Part shown: in pieces, positions 1-13,779 of the stretch
How the letters are laid out: each line of letters begins with the position of its first letter
Position numbering within the stretch: position 1 is the first letter of the stretch
Assembly (NCBI GenBank): GCA_965649765.1
Contig: OZ287755.1
Span: 3,534,001 to 3,598,000, forward strand
Direction of reading: 5' to 3'
Length of the DNA stretch: 64,000 bases
DNA from: Bispira polyomma
Taxonomy: Eukaryota
The notes under the pieces: generated by a model
The model's input: the letters and a program-made list of their open reading frames with translations, nothing else
The model's database searches: none
What the model was told of the DNA's origin: nothing
Translations under genes and position numbers: made by a program

Positions 1-3000
1 AACCAAGCAATTACTGTTAATATAACATTTTAAATAGCATGTTATTAACATGGACATCAACAACAATTTTTGCTATGTAATGGTCTGGCTAGTTTAGATG
101 TTATGTTTATACAGAGGCAGACAAGTGAAACCACATCCCTAAAATGACAGGCTTACTGGTAAGATGTTTAAACTCAATTTGTGATGTGCCCATACTAATA
201 TTACAGTATTTGAGGTACATTTTAGTGGTGTAATTTGTTTTTATATTACCTTGACACAAAGGCTCTGTCAAAGACCAGTTACCACTTGGTAAGCATTCTC
301 TTGCAGGAGTACCACTGAGGATATATCCTTGATCACACGAGTAGTTGGCAGTGGATGGAAAAGTGGTGTCACCAATAGAGATCTCTCCATTATCTGGGGC
401 GTCTAAAGATCCACAGTCTATTGCTAAATATACAACAATATTACCTAATGTAAACATGTGTATAACAATGTGATTTTATAATTGATATTAAAAAGATCTC
501 ATTACTACATGTTTTTGTTAGAATCAAATCAACTTGCATTCAGGAACATTCATCTAATGTGATTGTAACCAAGCAATTACTGTTAATATAACATTTGAAA
601 TAGCATGTTATTAACATGGACATCAACAACAATTTTTGCTATGTAATGGTCTGGCTAGTTTAGATGTTTTATTTATACAGAGGCAGACAAGTGAAACCAC
701 ATCCCTAAAATGACAGGCTTACTAGTAAGATGTTTAAACTCAATTTGTGATGTGCCCATACTAATATTACAGTATTTGAGGTACATTTTAGTGGTGTAAT
801 TTGTTTTTATATTACCTTGACACAAAGGCTCTGTCAAAGACCAGTTACCACTTGGTAAGCATTCTCTTGCAGGAGTACCACTGAGGATATATCCTTGATC
901 ACACGAGTAGTTGGCAGTGGATGGAAAAGTGGTGTCACCAATAGAGATCTCTCCATTATCTGGGGCGTCTAAAGATCCACAGTCTATTGCTAAATATACA
1001 ACAATATTACCTAATGTAAACATGTGTATAACAATGTGATTTTATAATTGATATTAAAAAGATCTCATTACTACATGTTTTTGTTAGAATCAAATCAACT
1101 TGCATTCAGGAACATTCATCTAATGTGATTGTAACCAAGCAATTACTGTTAATATAACATTTGAAATAGCATGTTATTAACATGGACATCAACAACAATT
1201 TTTGCTATGTAATGGTCTGGCTAGTTTAGATGTTTTATTTATACAGAGGCAGACAAGTGAAACCACATCCCTAAAATGACAGGCTTACTAGTAAGATGTT
1301 TAAACTCAATTTGTGATGTGCCCATACTAATATTACAGTATTTGAGGTACATTTTAGTGGTGTAATTTGTTTTTATATTACCTTGACACAACGGCTCTGT
1401 CAAAGACCAGTTACCATTTGGTAAGCATTCTCTTGTAGGAGTACCACTGAGGATATATCCTTGATCACACGAGTAGTTGGCAGTGGATGGAAAAGTGGTG
1501 TCACCAATAGAGATCTCTCCATTATCTGGGGCGTCTAAAGATCCACAGTCTATTGCTAAATATACAACAATATTACCTAATGTAAACATGTGTATAACAA
1601 TGTGATTTTATAATTGATATTAAAAAGATCTCATTACTACATGTTTTTGTTAGAATCAAATCAACTTGCATTCAGGAACATTCATCTAATGTGATTGTAA
1701 CCAAGCAATTACTGTTAATATAACATTTTAAATAGCATGTTATTAACATGGACATCAACAACAATTTTTGCTATGTAATGGTCTGGCTAGTTTAGATGTT
1801 TTGTTTATACAGAAGCAGACAAGTGAAACCATATCACTAAAATGACAGGCTTACTGGTAAGATGTTTAAACTCAATTTGTGATGTGCCCATACTAATATT
1901 ACAGTATTTGAGGTACATTTTAGTGGTGTAATTTGTTTTTATATTACCTTGACACAAAGGCTCTGTCAAAGACCAGTTACCACTTGGTAAGCATTCTCTT
2001 GTAGGAGTACCACTGAGGATATATCCTTGATCACACGAGTAGTTGGCAGTGGATGGAAAAGTGGTGTCACCAATAGAGATCTCTCCATTATCTGGGGCGT
2101 CTAAAGATCCACAGTCTATTGCTAAATATACAATAATATTACCTAATGTAAACATGTGTATAACAATGTGATTTTATAATTGATATTAAAAAGATCTCAT
2201 TACTACATGTTTTTGTTAGAATCAAATCAACTTGCATTCAGGAACATTCATCTAATGTGATTGTAACCAAGCAATTACTGTTAATATAACATTTGAAATA
2301 GCATGTTATTAACATGGACATCAACAACAATTTTTACTATGTAATGGTCTGGCTAGTTTAGATGTTTTGTTTATACAGAAGCAGACAAGTGAAACCATAT
2401 CCCTAAAATGACAGGCTTACTGGTAAGATGTTTAAACTCAATTTGTGATGTGCCCATACTAATATTACAGTATTTGAGGTACATTTTAGTGGTGTAATTT
2501 GTTTTTATATTACCTTGACACAAAGGCTCTGTCAAAGACCAGTTACCACTTGGTAAGCATTCTCTTGTAGGAGTACCACTGAGGATATATCCTTGATCAC
2601 ACGAGTAGTTGGCAGTGGATGGAAAAGTGGTGTCACCAATAGAGATCTCTCCATTATCTGGGGCGTCTAAAGATCCACAGTCTATTGCTAAATATACAAC
2701 AATATTACCTAATGTAAACATGTGTATAACAATGTGATTTTATAATTGATATTAAAAAGATCTCATTACTACATGTTTTTGTTAGAATCAAATCAACTTG
2801 CATTCAGGAACATTCATCTAATGTGATTGTAACCAAGCAATTACTGTTAATATAACATTCTAAATAGCATGTTATTAACATGGACATCAACAACAATTTT
2901 TGCTATGTAATGGTCTGGCTAGTTTAGATGTTTTGTTTATACAGAAGCAGACAAGTGAAACCATATCCCTAAAATGACAGGCTTACTGGTAAGATGTTTA

Positions 3001-5037
3001 AACTCAATTTGTGATGTGCCCATACTAATATTACAGTATTTGAGGTACATTTTAGTGGTGTAATTTGTTTTTATATTACCTTGACACAAAGGCTCTGTCA
3101 AAGACCAGTTACCACTTGGTAAGCATTCTCTTGTAGGAGTACCACTGAGGATATATCCTTGATCACACGAGTAGTTGGCAGTGGATGGAAAAGTGGTGTC
3201 ACCAATAGAGATCTCTCCATTATCTGGGGCGTCTAAAGATCCACAGTCTATTGCTAAATATACAACAATATTACCTAATGTAAACATGTGTATAACAATG
3301 TGATTTTATAATTGATATTAAAAAGATCTCATTACTACATGTTTTTGTTAGAATCAAATCAACTTGCATTCAGGAACATTCATCTAATGTGATTGTAACC
3401 AAGCAATTACTGTTAATATAACATTTGAAATAGCATGTTATTAACATGGACATCAACAACAATTTTTGCTATGTAATGGTCTGGCTAGTTTAGATGTTTT
3501 GTTTATACAGAAGCAGACAAGTGAAACCATATCCCTAAAATGACAGGCTTACTGGTAAGATGTTTAAACTCAATTTGTGATGTGCCCATACTAATATTAC
3601 AGTATTTGAGGTACATTTTAGTGGTGTAATTTGTTTTTATATTACCTTGACACAAAGGCTCTGTCAAAGACCAGTTACCACTTGGTAAGCATTCTCTTGT
3701 AGGAGTACCACTGAGGATATATCCTTGATCACACGAGTAGTTGGCAGTGGATGGAAAAGTGGTGTCACCAATAGAGATCTCTCCATTATCTGGGGCGTCT
3801 AAAGATCCACAGTCTATTGCTAAATATACAACAATATTACCTAATGTAAACATGTGTATAACAATGTGATTTTATAATTGATATTAAAAAGATCTCATTA
3901 CTACATGTTTTTGTTAGAATCAAATCAACTTGCATTCAGGAACATTCATCTAATGTGATTGTAACCAAGCAATTACTGTTAATATAACATTTTAAATAGC
4001 ATGTTATTAACATGGACATCAACAACAATTTTTGCTATGTAATGGTCTGGCTAGTTTAGATGTTTTGTTTATACAGAGGCAGACAAGTGAAACCACATCC
4101 CTAAAATGACAGGCTTACTGGTAAGATGTTTAAACTCAATTTGTGATGTGCCCATACTAATATTACAGTATTTGAGGTACATTTTAGTGGTGTAATTTGT
4201 TTTTATATTACCTTGACACAAAGGCTCTGTCAAAGACCAGTTACCACTTGGTAAGCATTCTCTTGTAGGAGTACCACTGAGGATATATCCTTGATCACAC
4301 GAGTAGTTGGCAGTGGATGGAAAAGTGGTGTCACCAATAGAGATATCTCCATTATCTGGGGCGTCTAAAGATCCACAGTCTATTGCTAAATATACAACAA
4401 TATTACCTAATGTAAACATGTGTATAACAATGTGATTTTATAATTGATATTAAAAAGATCTCATTACTACATGTTTTTGTTAGAATCAAATCAACTTGCA
4501 TTCAGGAACATTCATCTAATGTGATTGTAACCAAGCAATTACTGTTAATATAACATTTTAAATAGCATGTTATCAACATGGACATCAACAACAATTTTTG
4601 CTATGTAATGGTCTGGCTAGTTTAGATGTTTTGTTTATACAGAGGCAGACAAGTGAAACCACATCCCTAAAATGACAGGCTTACTGGTAAGATGTTTAAA
4701 CTCAATTTGTGATGTGCCCATACTAATATTACAGTATTTGAGGTACATTTTAGTGGTGTAATTTGTTTTTATATTACCTTGACACAAAGGCTCTGTCAAA
4801 GACCAGTTACCACTTGGTAAGCATTCTCTTGTAGGAGTACCACTGAGGATATATCCTTGATCACACGAGTAGTTGGCAGTGGATGGAAAAGTGGTGTCAC
4901 CAATAGAGATATCTCCATTATCTGGGGCGTCTAAAGATCCACAGTCTATTGCTAAATATACAACAATATTACCTAATGTAAACATGTGTATAACAATGTG
5001 ATTCAAAAATTGATATTAAAAAATCTAATTACTACAT
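1..5037. repeat. Tandem array of a 566-bp unit (~8.9 copies in window, truncated by left edge); each unit = 174-bp exon + 392-bp intron
   Basis: ORFs recur at exactly 566-bp spacing (107, 673, 1239 ... 4635). Units differ by only a few SNPs. Similarity decays at ~5004-5037. Confidence 0.98.
250..4951 (-). CDS. Partial gene for a multi-sushi (CCP/SCR) domain protein (SVEP1/CSMD/complement-regulator-like). Exons: 4778-4951, 4212-4385, 3646-3819, 3080-3253, 2514-2687, 1948-2121, 1382-1555, 816-989, 250-423
   Basis: Each exon encodes IDCGSLDAPDNG...ANYSCDQGYILSG..TRECLPSGNWSLTEPLCQ (4 Cys + Trp sushi consensus). Acceptor tatttag|CAATAGAC, donor TGTCAAG|gtaata. 174 bp, phase 1-1, so all exons splice in frame. 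Confidence 0.92.
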
Positions 5038-6279
5038 ATAAGCCCAAATAATTTAGTAAATAGTAAAGTGTTTACATCCCAGTGTACATACCCGCACACA
5101 TAAGTAACATAAACACAAAAAGCAATAGCCAATAAACCATGATTTAAACATTGTGTAACTAAATGCACAACAAATGGTTAAAAAGATGCAGCAGTTTATG
5201 TGAACAAACAGTCCTTGACAAGGCGTGTGATTGAGGTGTTTTGAAATTTGGTAAGTTAAGTCTAACTGAAAAAAATAATGTCAGATTATATAAGTATGGG
5301 GGGGGTCCATCGATAGAAAAAAATAATCATGTTTGTGTTGGTTTACAACAGCTTAGATTAATAGTTAAATCAATGATAGTTAGAACAGTACTTAACCTGG
5401 GCCTATTACTGTGTGTCCATATGTTGGTCCTTGACAGATTATGACAAATAACATCAAAAGTAACTTCATCGTTTTGTTTTTTGGGTTCGACAAAACACTG
5501 AAAATAGACAAAATAGATAATACAATGCAAAGTTTACACATACTTGTCTAACTTTCACAACATTCTCTAGTGATTGTGTGGCAAATCTAGGTGGCCTACA
5601 ATTAGCACTTTTCATACTCAACTTACGTTGCCCCTATCTTGACTACAGATCATTCTTTGAATGACCAGTGCATTCTTTGCATAAATTTTAAATAGACAAC
5701 ACTTGTCACTTGTGTGTTGAGTTGAGAATGTATCACATTTTCTGTGGAGCGATACAATGTTGTGGCTATCACAATTAAGAACAATCTTGGTTTAACCGCT
5801 GTGTCATCCTAGTGACGGCAACGTCTTTTGACCCTGGACCTCTCATTCTCGGAGAGATCTAGGGACTTTAAACTGAAATTAATAATAAATAGGTGTGGTA
5901 TAACTAGTGTATACATTAAACATTCATATATAGCTACAGTTCCGATAGTGTATATTTTGAAATGCCTAAAATAAGTGACTCAGTCAGTTTAGATAATAAA
6001 AACCATATGTTTTTACCTGACACGAACTGGAGCTGTATGCTTGATAATCTAGCTGTAATTATCTGTTGTCCTGCTCCTTGCCTTCCCGAATAAAACTACC
6101 TGTAAACAGGCCCTTTTAAAGAATTTATATTTTCCTTGATTGGCATGTTCATTGAAAAATAATTTGTAAAGCCTTTTGACGTTGATTTTTTTAAATCGCA
6201 CTTAATTAACCGCGGCAGGTAGCCTTGCTTAAGCATTATTTAATTTATACCCAAAGGTGCATATATTTTGATGTTTGGA

Positions 6280-6645
6280 CCATTTTAGGTTGTGGCTTCC
6301 GGGCCACAAGTTGTTCTGTAGTCATTTGCTTGGATTTTTCTTTTTACTGGATTAAGGATTATGATGACTAGAGGGTCATTGCTTGGACCCCTGGCTGAAC
6401 AGTTTTCGTCACCTAAATTGCTTGTTCTCCTTGGTCCTTGTATGCTTCCTAAGGCAACATGCAGCCATGCTGCCACATACGACACTGAGTCTAACACCCA
6501 TTAACAGCCAGATACCCATGTCTACACTTTGGTTAAGAAATTTTGTGTCTTTCCAAATTGAACATTCTCCAGGCCAGCAGCAAGATTCAAACCCAGGACC
6601 ATCTGATCCAAAAGTCAAATACTCTAACCACATAGGTCACAGTGA
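6280..6645 (-). mobile_element. tRNA-derived SINE (degenerate)
   Basis: Minus strand reads gtgacctatgtggttagag...ggtcctgggtttgaatc (A/B-box-like head), then a gtgtagacatgggtatctggc core typical of invertebrate SINEs. Boundaries approximate. Confidence 0.6.
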
Positions 6646-6714
6646 TCACAAATTTGCAACTTTCTAGAGCCTTTTGCAAACTTCTCGAAACACTATTTCA
6701 GCATAGGGTAAAAC

Positions 6715-7782
6715 ACTAATTATTATTATTATGCATTTTTAATATGCATTATTGATGCTAGGCATCTTCTAAAGTGCTACAGCAGAATCAGTGATCTAGT
6801 CATGTAATCAAGATCAAAAAGAAGGGTGCAAGGGAAACTAGGGTAGAAATGTGAGGTAAAAAGGATGGGTTTTAAGTTCCTTGATGTGAAGTTGACAGGG
6901 AGACTGTTCCATAACAAGGGAGCTGTAACAGAGAAAGGGAGGGATTAACAGTAGAAACATAATCCTTTTCCAAATATGGAGGTATAGAGTGACATCGGTG
7001 CAAAAAGGCAAAACACCCTGCACACATAGTTCTAAATTGACTGTAGCTTTTTAATCCGTGACTTGTTTACTCCAATAAAAAAAAAGAGTTGCAGTAGTCA
7101 AGGCGACTACTAACAAAAACTTTTGCTGCAGTTAAAACAGTTTCTAGCAACAAATGGTTTCGTGTTTGCTTGATGTCACTTAATTTGTTAATAGCAGGAG
7201 CAGGAGTGAGGTTCGCAAATGTGAGTGTCAAACAAAAAAGCAGAGTCGACAGTGACGCCAAGGTTGTGGGAAATTTCAGAGTGTAGTATATCTTTACACA
7301 AGAGAGAAATGGGTAATGATAATTTTGGGAGCTCATTGTATTTGAAATTATAAACAAATTCAGTTTTGTCATGATTTAATATCAATTTGGAGTAGTTCGT
7401 CCATGCCTGGACAGAGGACAAGCTGTAAATAGCTTAACATGTGCATTATAAGGGATGGAAGAGAGATAGACTTGGGTGTCGTCTGCATAGATGTGTGTTT
7501 TATATTATGATTGTTGATGACAGTGTTGAGGGGATGTGTATAGAGGGTAAAAAGTAGAGACAGACCTCTGGGGTACTTCATATGGTAAGTTGACGGAACA
7601 TGATAAATAATCATCCAGTTTAATGTTTTGTGCTCGGAGAGTAACAGAGGATCTGATCTAATCAAGGACAGTGCCATTTAGTGGATAAAAAGTAGAGACA
7701 GACTGTTGGAGTACTCCATATGGTAATTTGACGAAAGAGGATAAATAATCATCCAGTTTAATGTTTTGTGCTCTGAGAGTAA
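6715..7782 (-). mobile_element. L2/CR1-group LINE 3' fragment (RT remnant + 3' tail)
   Basis: YADDTQ-type motif (~7480), LNHDKTEF, NLGVTVDS and VSSRLDYCNS. The tail (agaagatgcctagcatcaataa...(taa)n) matches the copy at ~43310. Internal ~97-bp duplication at 7548-7644 / 7686-7782. Confidence 0.85.
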
Positions 7783-9187
7783 TGCCGTGGTCACAATGAG
7801 CTTACATTTTGCTTACGCACAAAAAATGATTAAGATAAGCTAAAACGTAGTTGGCGTGATTAAAACATAGTAAACGTAAGTAACGTTAGTAAACGTTAGT
7901 AAAATATGGTACCTTAAGTTTTGTTATTTCCCATTTTTTAAAAAAATGTTGGACTGCTCAAATTTTTTTATGTTTTTAGCCATTTGATGATAATTTTTCC
8001 GAAAATGAGTGGTGTGTTAGCGGTGGGTATTTGACATAAAGGAACGAACTATACCTACCAATAATATTAAGATGAGGAGAACGAGAACAAAATGGTCTAC
8101 AAACGTTAAAAACGTGGACTAAAAACAAGACTGAAATGGGTTTAGAAACGTGGCTTACTTTTTCTAAAAACATTGCTAATGTGGCTAACGAGGCTAACAT
8201 ATCATTAAAACGTGGCTAACATTGTTGAAATGGCTATTAAAACGTATTAAATGTGTGTACAAAGGTGTACAGATGGGTACTGAACGTGTACAAAATCAGT
8301 GCCATTTAATGTATTAAACATGTACAGGATATTTTGAGCCTAGAAAAGTTTTCTTAATGTTTATGCTTACATGTTTAAAAATGAAAGTGAGGAATAAACA
8401 AAGCATATTCAAAATCCAACAGTTGTTTCCATATTTAGTTTTGTTCACAGCCAACTGATTTTCAACCAAAAAAGTAGTAACACATAGTTTTGAATGTGCT
8501 GTATGTTACTGAGTTTTAAAATACAACTGTGACTTTTGTTTGGTTTAATTCATTTACACGTAATTATCAGTCTAAAACTTCTACTTCAGAAAACGTCAGA
8601 GTAGAGTTAATTTTAAAAGCAAAAAAAAATATCAGTTGATTGAACAAAAACAAAATGACACGTGTGTTAACTTTGATGACTAGTGAATGGCCATTGAGTT
8701 TAGCTTGTCTAAAATGTAAAGAGCAAACACCCACAGCTGACAATTGAAACAGGAAACACCCACAGCTGACAATCATATTGAAGGTAACAGACCAGCTTGG
8801 TAGTGTACTGTCATTGGAATGACTTCCCTTTGAAAGAATCTCTAGATATGATAGCAACATTGTTTCAATAAACACTACATTGATTTGCATCTTCTATTTC
8901 ACCATAGATATATTAAAAGGTCGGTTGGTTCAGTCCCTGTCATTTCAAAGAGATGACTGTACAAAGACTACGCCACCTTCTTTGAAAGAGTCAAATAGTC
9001 TTTTTGGAGGTTGATGTCCTATGGCACATGTTTAACAAGTGTACTAACAAAAAAATCTACTTGTTTTTTTTCAAATTTCATTTTTTATTTTTTTTTTCTT
9101 TCTTGTCATTAAATTGGTTAACCTGGGTGTACTGGCGTTAATGGTAGCTACGCCCCTGGGCTAATTTAGGTGTATGCATGCATGCTC

Positions 9188-9207
9188 CACACACACACAC
9201 ACACACA
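9188..9207. repeat. (CA)n microsatellite
   Basis: Direct reading of the sequence. Confidence 0.9.
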
Positions 9208-9619
9208 AACCTCCGGACTCTACATTGTTTCTGGTTCCCTAGAGTTTCCATAAACATGACTTTAAATGTTAACTTTAGGTTGGACATAAATTACCCTTTT
9301 GGGCCACAATGTTCAGAGGTGCTGCCAAAGTTACAGAAATATGTTAATCATTTATGGGGCTATTACAGAAAATTTCTTATGCACCTATTAAGTAACTGAC
9401 AAATTTGCAGTGCTTTACTTGTAAAAGATGGTAATATATATTAATACCCATCACTTGAGCACATCCTCCAAATCGGTCCATCAGATCAAGTATTGTGGAT
9501 AATGAAGACATATCAAGAACCATTTTTCATAAAATAAAACAAATTTATTTTAAAACATTAATATGGGCAGACACTCACAATTATGAAACATGAACATAGT
9601 ACCACTACAACAAGTTAAT

Positions 9620-11210
9620 TAAAACACTTTTTTACATATGAGTTGAGGCCAAATTAAGGTTACCTTAGCTTAAGCCTTACTTTAAGGCTACCATTACCTA
9701 AACTTAAGGTTAGCTATATGCAATCTGACCTTGACCTCATTTTATAGTAGGTAAGCTGAACTTAATGCTAAGAAGCAGAAACTAAATTGGCACTTGCTGC
9801 CTTGAGTGTGGAATTTAGATAGGCCCAAAGGACATTACTTCTCCAGTTGCTATAAACTTAAAGCTTGTCCAAGGACCATTAAAGCCAAATTATGGGGGCT
9901 CTAGTCCTAATCCCACAATTAGGGCTTTTCAAACTTTTCTAACGTTTGCGGTTGAGGGTATCACTATTTTCTTATTAATATAAATTTAAAACAACGGTTT
10001 TTTTGAAATTTGATCATATTATTGATAGCTCTAACATGGCATAGATCTGAATGTGGTGGTTCTAGCAGTCGTACAACATGATATGCTCCCGCACTTTACA
10101 TGTTTTTTGCATGCTTACTAATAAAATGAGGGGGTACCAGAAATCAAATCAGCCACAACTGGCAATCTTGTTCTATCATAAGCTGACATTACTGTTGATA
10201 CAAATGAGGCTATTCGAAAAAAAAGCCAAAGAATGCCACCATGAATAAAGCTTGGTACACTGGTGCAGAAGATATTTTGCATTGAAAACTATTTTTTTTT
10301 TCAACACATCCAATGAAAATACATCTTTGCTTGTCATTAGCAAAGGAGCTTTAACTCTAACTGACACATTTTTTTTTTTTTTTGCTTTTGAGAGCTGAAT
10401 TGGGCCACTGATACAAGCTAAAGTAATGATTGAAAACAGCCAAGACATTATTCAATGATAAAGCTTTAAGTCGATGTCAGCATAAAAACTCTATATGGGA
10501 AAGTATAGTCAGTTTATGGTGAAGAGTGTGAATGTCCAGAGGTACCTGGAAGGCTAGCAATGGTCCAAATCCAGCAGCATATGCAGTGGACGGTCTCTGG
10601 TGCGGAGGCAGCTTGTCGTTTTCAGCCAAGATTACAAGTAGGTTCAACAGGTCATTATCTAAAATAAACAACAAACGGCAGTAGTATGGTGGATAACTTG
10701 CTGCCTGTTGTCAAGATAATTTTGAAGTTAAGATAACAGGTCAGGGGGTTACATGAACACTTTGCTTATGCAGTATAATCTCATCATTTAAATTGCTTTA
10801 AGATTAACCTTGAAGTAATATATAAAAATTAAAAATTTTTTATTTGCAATGAGATTTTTTAAACATTGCCAAACACAGCAATTGCTGATGATTGTAAAAA
10901 AATACTTGGTAGAAGAAAAACAAACTTTGCTTTACCTCAAGTCTTTTATTGAGTTATAGATGAAATACGCCGATTAGGCTGTAATATACTCTCTTTGGAC
11001 AGTGACCAGTGACATTTGTACAAAGACCTAACATAGAGATTATTGGTGTTCATACTGTAATTAGGCCATCTTGATAAAACGTCTGTATAAGTATTGTCAT
11101 CACCTTTTATTTGTTTAAAATACACATTGATATCAAAGAATGCCATTATTAACCAAACATTAATTTCAGAGCTGTGAAACATTTTCCCAGGGAAGTACTG
11201 AGGGGATTTC
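9620..11210 (-). mobile_element. Ngaro/DIRS-like tyrosine-recombinase retrotransposon remnant (RNase H end, YR, 3' tail)
   Basis: RNase H C-terminus DINVYFKQIKGDDNTYTDVLSRW. YR pieces RPSTAYAAGF, VRVKAPLLMTSKDVFSLDVLKK..SLAFFS and KNM*SAGAYHVVRL..DLCHVRAI are collinear with the YRs at 54107 and 58130. The tail carries a taaggttacctta palindrome like the one at 55540. Confidence 0.75.
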
Positions 11211-12430
11211 ATTGCAATATGGGCGGCTTTGAAATTGATATCATTTAACATACAAACAATAACAAGTGTGCAAACTAGAACCATTGTAACTAATCCTTAA
11301 ATGTTTGTTAATAACATCTAAAACAGAATGATTGTCTGTACTGCCATGGTTCCATTATCAAGTGAGATGGGCAAAATGGGCCAGTTTTTGAGATCGGGGC
11401 GGTCGGGGCAAAAAATCAAAAAATCAAATATTTTGGGTGGGGAAATGAGTGTCAGGTGACCTTCCAAATCGAAATGATTGCATTCCGTTTTGACTGGACA
11501 CCCACTACAATCAATCTTAAATTCCGTACTAAAACTGCCCCAGCCTCCCCGATCCTGATTAGGATCAAACTTATTGGCGATACGATCTGATGTATCGCCC
11601 TAGGATGGCCCGTATTGGCGATACAATCTTTCTTCTAATAATCAAGGTCAGGATGGCTATAGTACAATAACTGACAAAATTGTTTTATATTCTTCCACAC
11701 CACCCTGTTTTCACACTCGACCCTGACCTATATGTTTGAACTGACCAGTGCTAGGACCGGCCTGGAGTGAGATAACACCTATCACACATAACGTAATGAC
11801 ACTCTGATCAAACTTATTCAGCGATATCAACCTTCCAGTTTTTAGGGTCTGTGGAGCTAGTCCAGGAGACTTTTTGAAAATATCGAACATGTCTGATATT
11901 CTTGCCGACCTCCACTTTTGACCCGTTTTCGCCCCCAGACCTATAGACAAGTCCTGGGCATCAAAATAGGGAAGATCGGGGACCAAATCGACATAGTGGA
12001 ACCACCATTTAAGAAACAATATCATAAACTTGACAGTTGTTTACACCAACACTGTACACTTGCAACAATAGGATAAAGTTCTAACATATATTATAAGCTT
12101 TCCACACACTAAGGCATTAAACCATTGATTCCCTAAAACAGTAGCATAGCCCCTAGTAGAAGCATCAGAAGAGTCAGCATAAAGGTGTAACTTAGGGAAA
12201 GAGCGCCAAAGTTTTTGCTTTAACAGACAAAGTTCAATGCATGAATACAGGATATCCTCCCATGCTTGGAGCTCTTTGCGTGCAGAGTTAGTTCGTTTGA
12301 ACATTAATGGTAAGCCAAATAATTCTACGTAAGAAGCCCTACCAGAACTGATAACTCTACAGGCAGAGAACAATACACCTACAAGAGCCTGGAGTTATTT
12401 TAGAGCTACTTTGGGTCTTTGTTTTTATGA
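11210..12430 (-). mobile_element. Second DIRS/Ngaro-type remnant (RT C-terminus/RNase H), interrupted by a MITE
   Basis: LQALVGVL-FSACRVISSGRA...ELQAW, LHLYADSSDASTRGYATVLGNQWF, STDNHSVLDVINK and CMLNDINFKAAHI. Confidence 0.75.
11347..12004. mobile_element. Non-autonomous TIR element (MITE, possibly PIF/Harbinger-like)
   Basis: Inverted termini tggttccattat / atagtggaacca, flanked by a 3-bp direct repeat cca (11344-46, 12005-07). Internal ggcgatac/gtatcgcc repeats. Splits the RNase H remnant. Confidence 0.7.
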
Positions 12431-13779
12431 AATAAATCGATAGCTTTGTGTTAGTGTGTCAAATTGAGCATTCTACAAATATTTAATAATAATTGTGATT
12501 CTGTTATAAAATATTAGCATACAGGTTAAACGCATACTCTGATGGGTGACATATTGTAAAAGACTAGTGGAAGGTTTGCAACTTCTTCCTTTTTCACTTC
12601 TTGAAACATGTTAAAGGGAGAATAAATATAAAATTAAAAAAAAAATAATTAAGGTTTTAATAATTAGGTTTTTTAATAAGCTTTGCAAGTTTCTAAAAAG
12701 TTGATTAAGTATTGATTAACAGCATATTTGTTTATTCTCAAAAGACCAATCACATAATCAATAAGGTGGGCGTTTGTCACATGCTTCCAATAGCTATTCA
12801 CATTTACCTAAGCTTTTACAAGGACACACGCATAAAACGTGAACCAACCCACCACCCTATGAAATACATACTTTGAAACTTGTGAATTATAGAACAAAAA
12901 AACACAAAAAAAAAATAATACTTTATGGCGTCTATAAAGGTTTAACAAAGTGGCACATACAATGTAATGTTTTTTAACCTTGAACATATTCTCATGTTCA
13001 TATTCACTGAACTTAGCTATGGATGGCTTTATGTTTTGTAAATATTTTGTTTTTGTAAATTTAGGGCGACTACACTACGAACTGACTAAACAATGTAAGG
13101 GTATTACATGTTATTAACACAATATCCTACATATGGATGTTGGTGGCCCATGTCGGCTATTTTGTTTTAAGGTTTTATATGCCCAAATATTTACCAAAGT
13201 TGTTAAAATATGTTGAAGAATAATATCCCAAAACACTTTACTAGGTCAACTAACCTCATGTATGGCATATCAAAAAATTTTAATCAAAAATTTTATGTAG
13301 TTGTATATAGAGGTAAATAGAGTGTAAATAAAAATATGCCAAACTATCATCAGGGTCATATTACTTTTACAATTTATAAAAGTCAATGATACCTCACCTG
13401 ACCTTCAACCTATACCTCTTAGAACTTTAAGGGACTGCTGATGGATCAATAAGTATAATTCTAAAGGCAGATTTGACACCAGCCCTAATGACAAGAGTCC
13501 ACTGGCCAACATCACAAATAAGGTTACATTCATGGTCAAAGTTGACATATGTAACATAGGTGTGTTCCCTGGCAATATCCTTAATAATACCACCATCAGG
13601 AAAGGGTAGCTTCTGAATGAAACAATAAGGATAAGAAGAAGTTTGGAAAATCTACCGGCAATCTAATTTCCGCAGTAATATAAGACCTGACAGCGGCTTC
13701 ATGGCGAGTCACAGAGGGGTACTTACAATCACACTGTGGATATCGTGGACATATGTAATGTCATCCCTGAGATTTGGTA

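Noticed and set aside
107-5006. Nine separate 116-123-aa genes, as suggested by the ORF track
   Set aside because: The N- and C-terminal parts are intron read-through; only the 174-bp AG/GT-bounded sushi exon is coding.
1-5037. CRISPR array
   Set aside because: The whole 566-bp unit repeats with no unique spacers, and the context is eukaryotic.
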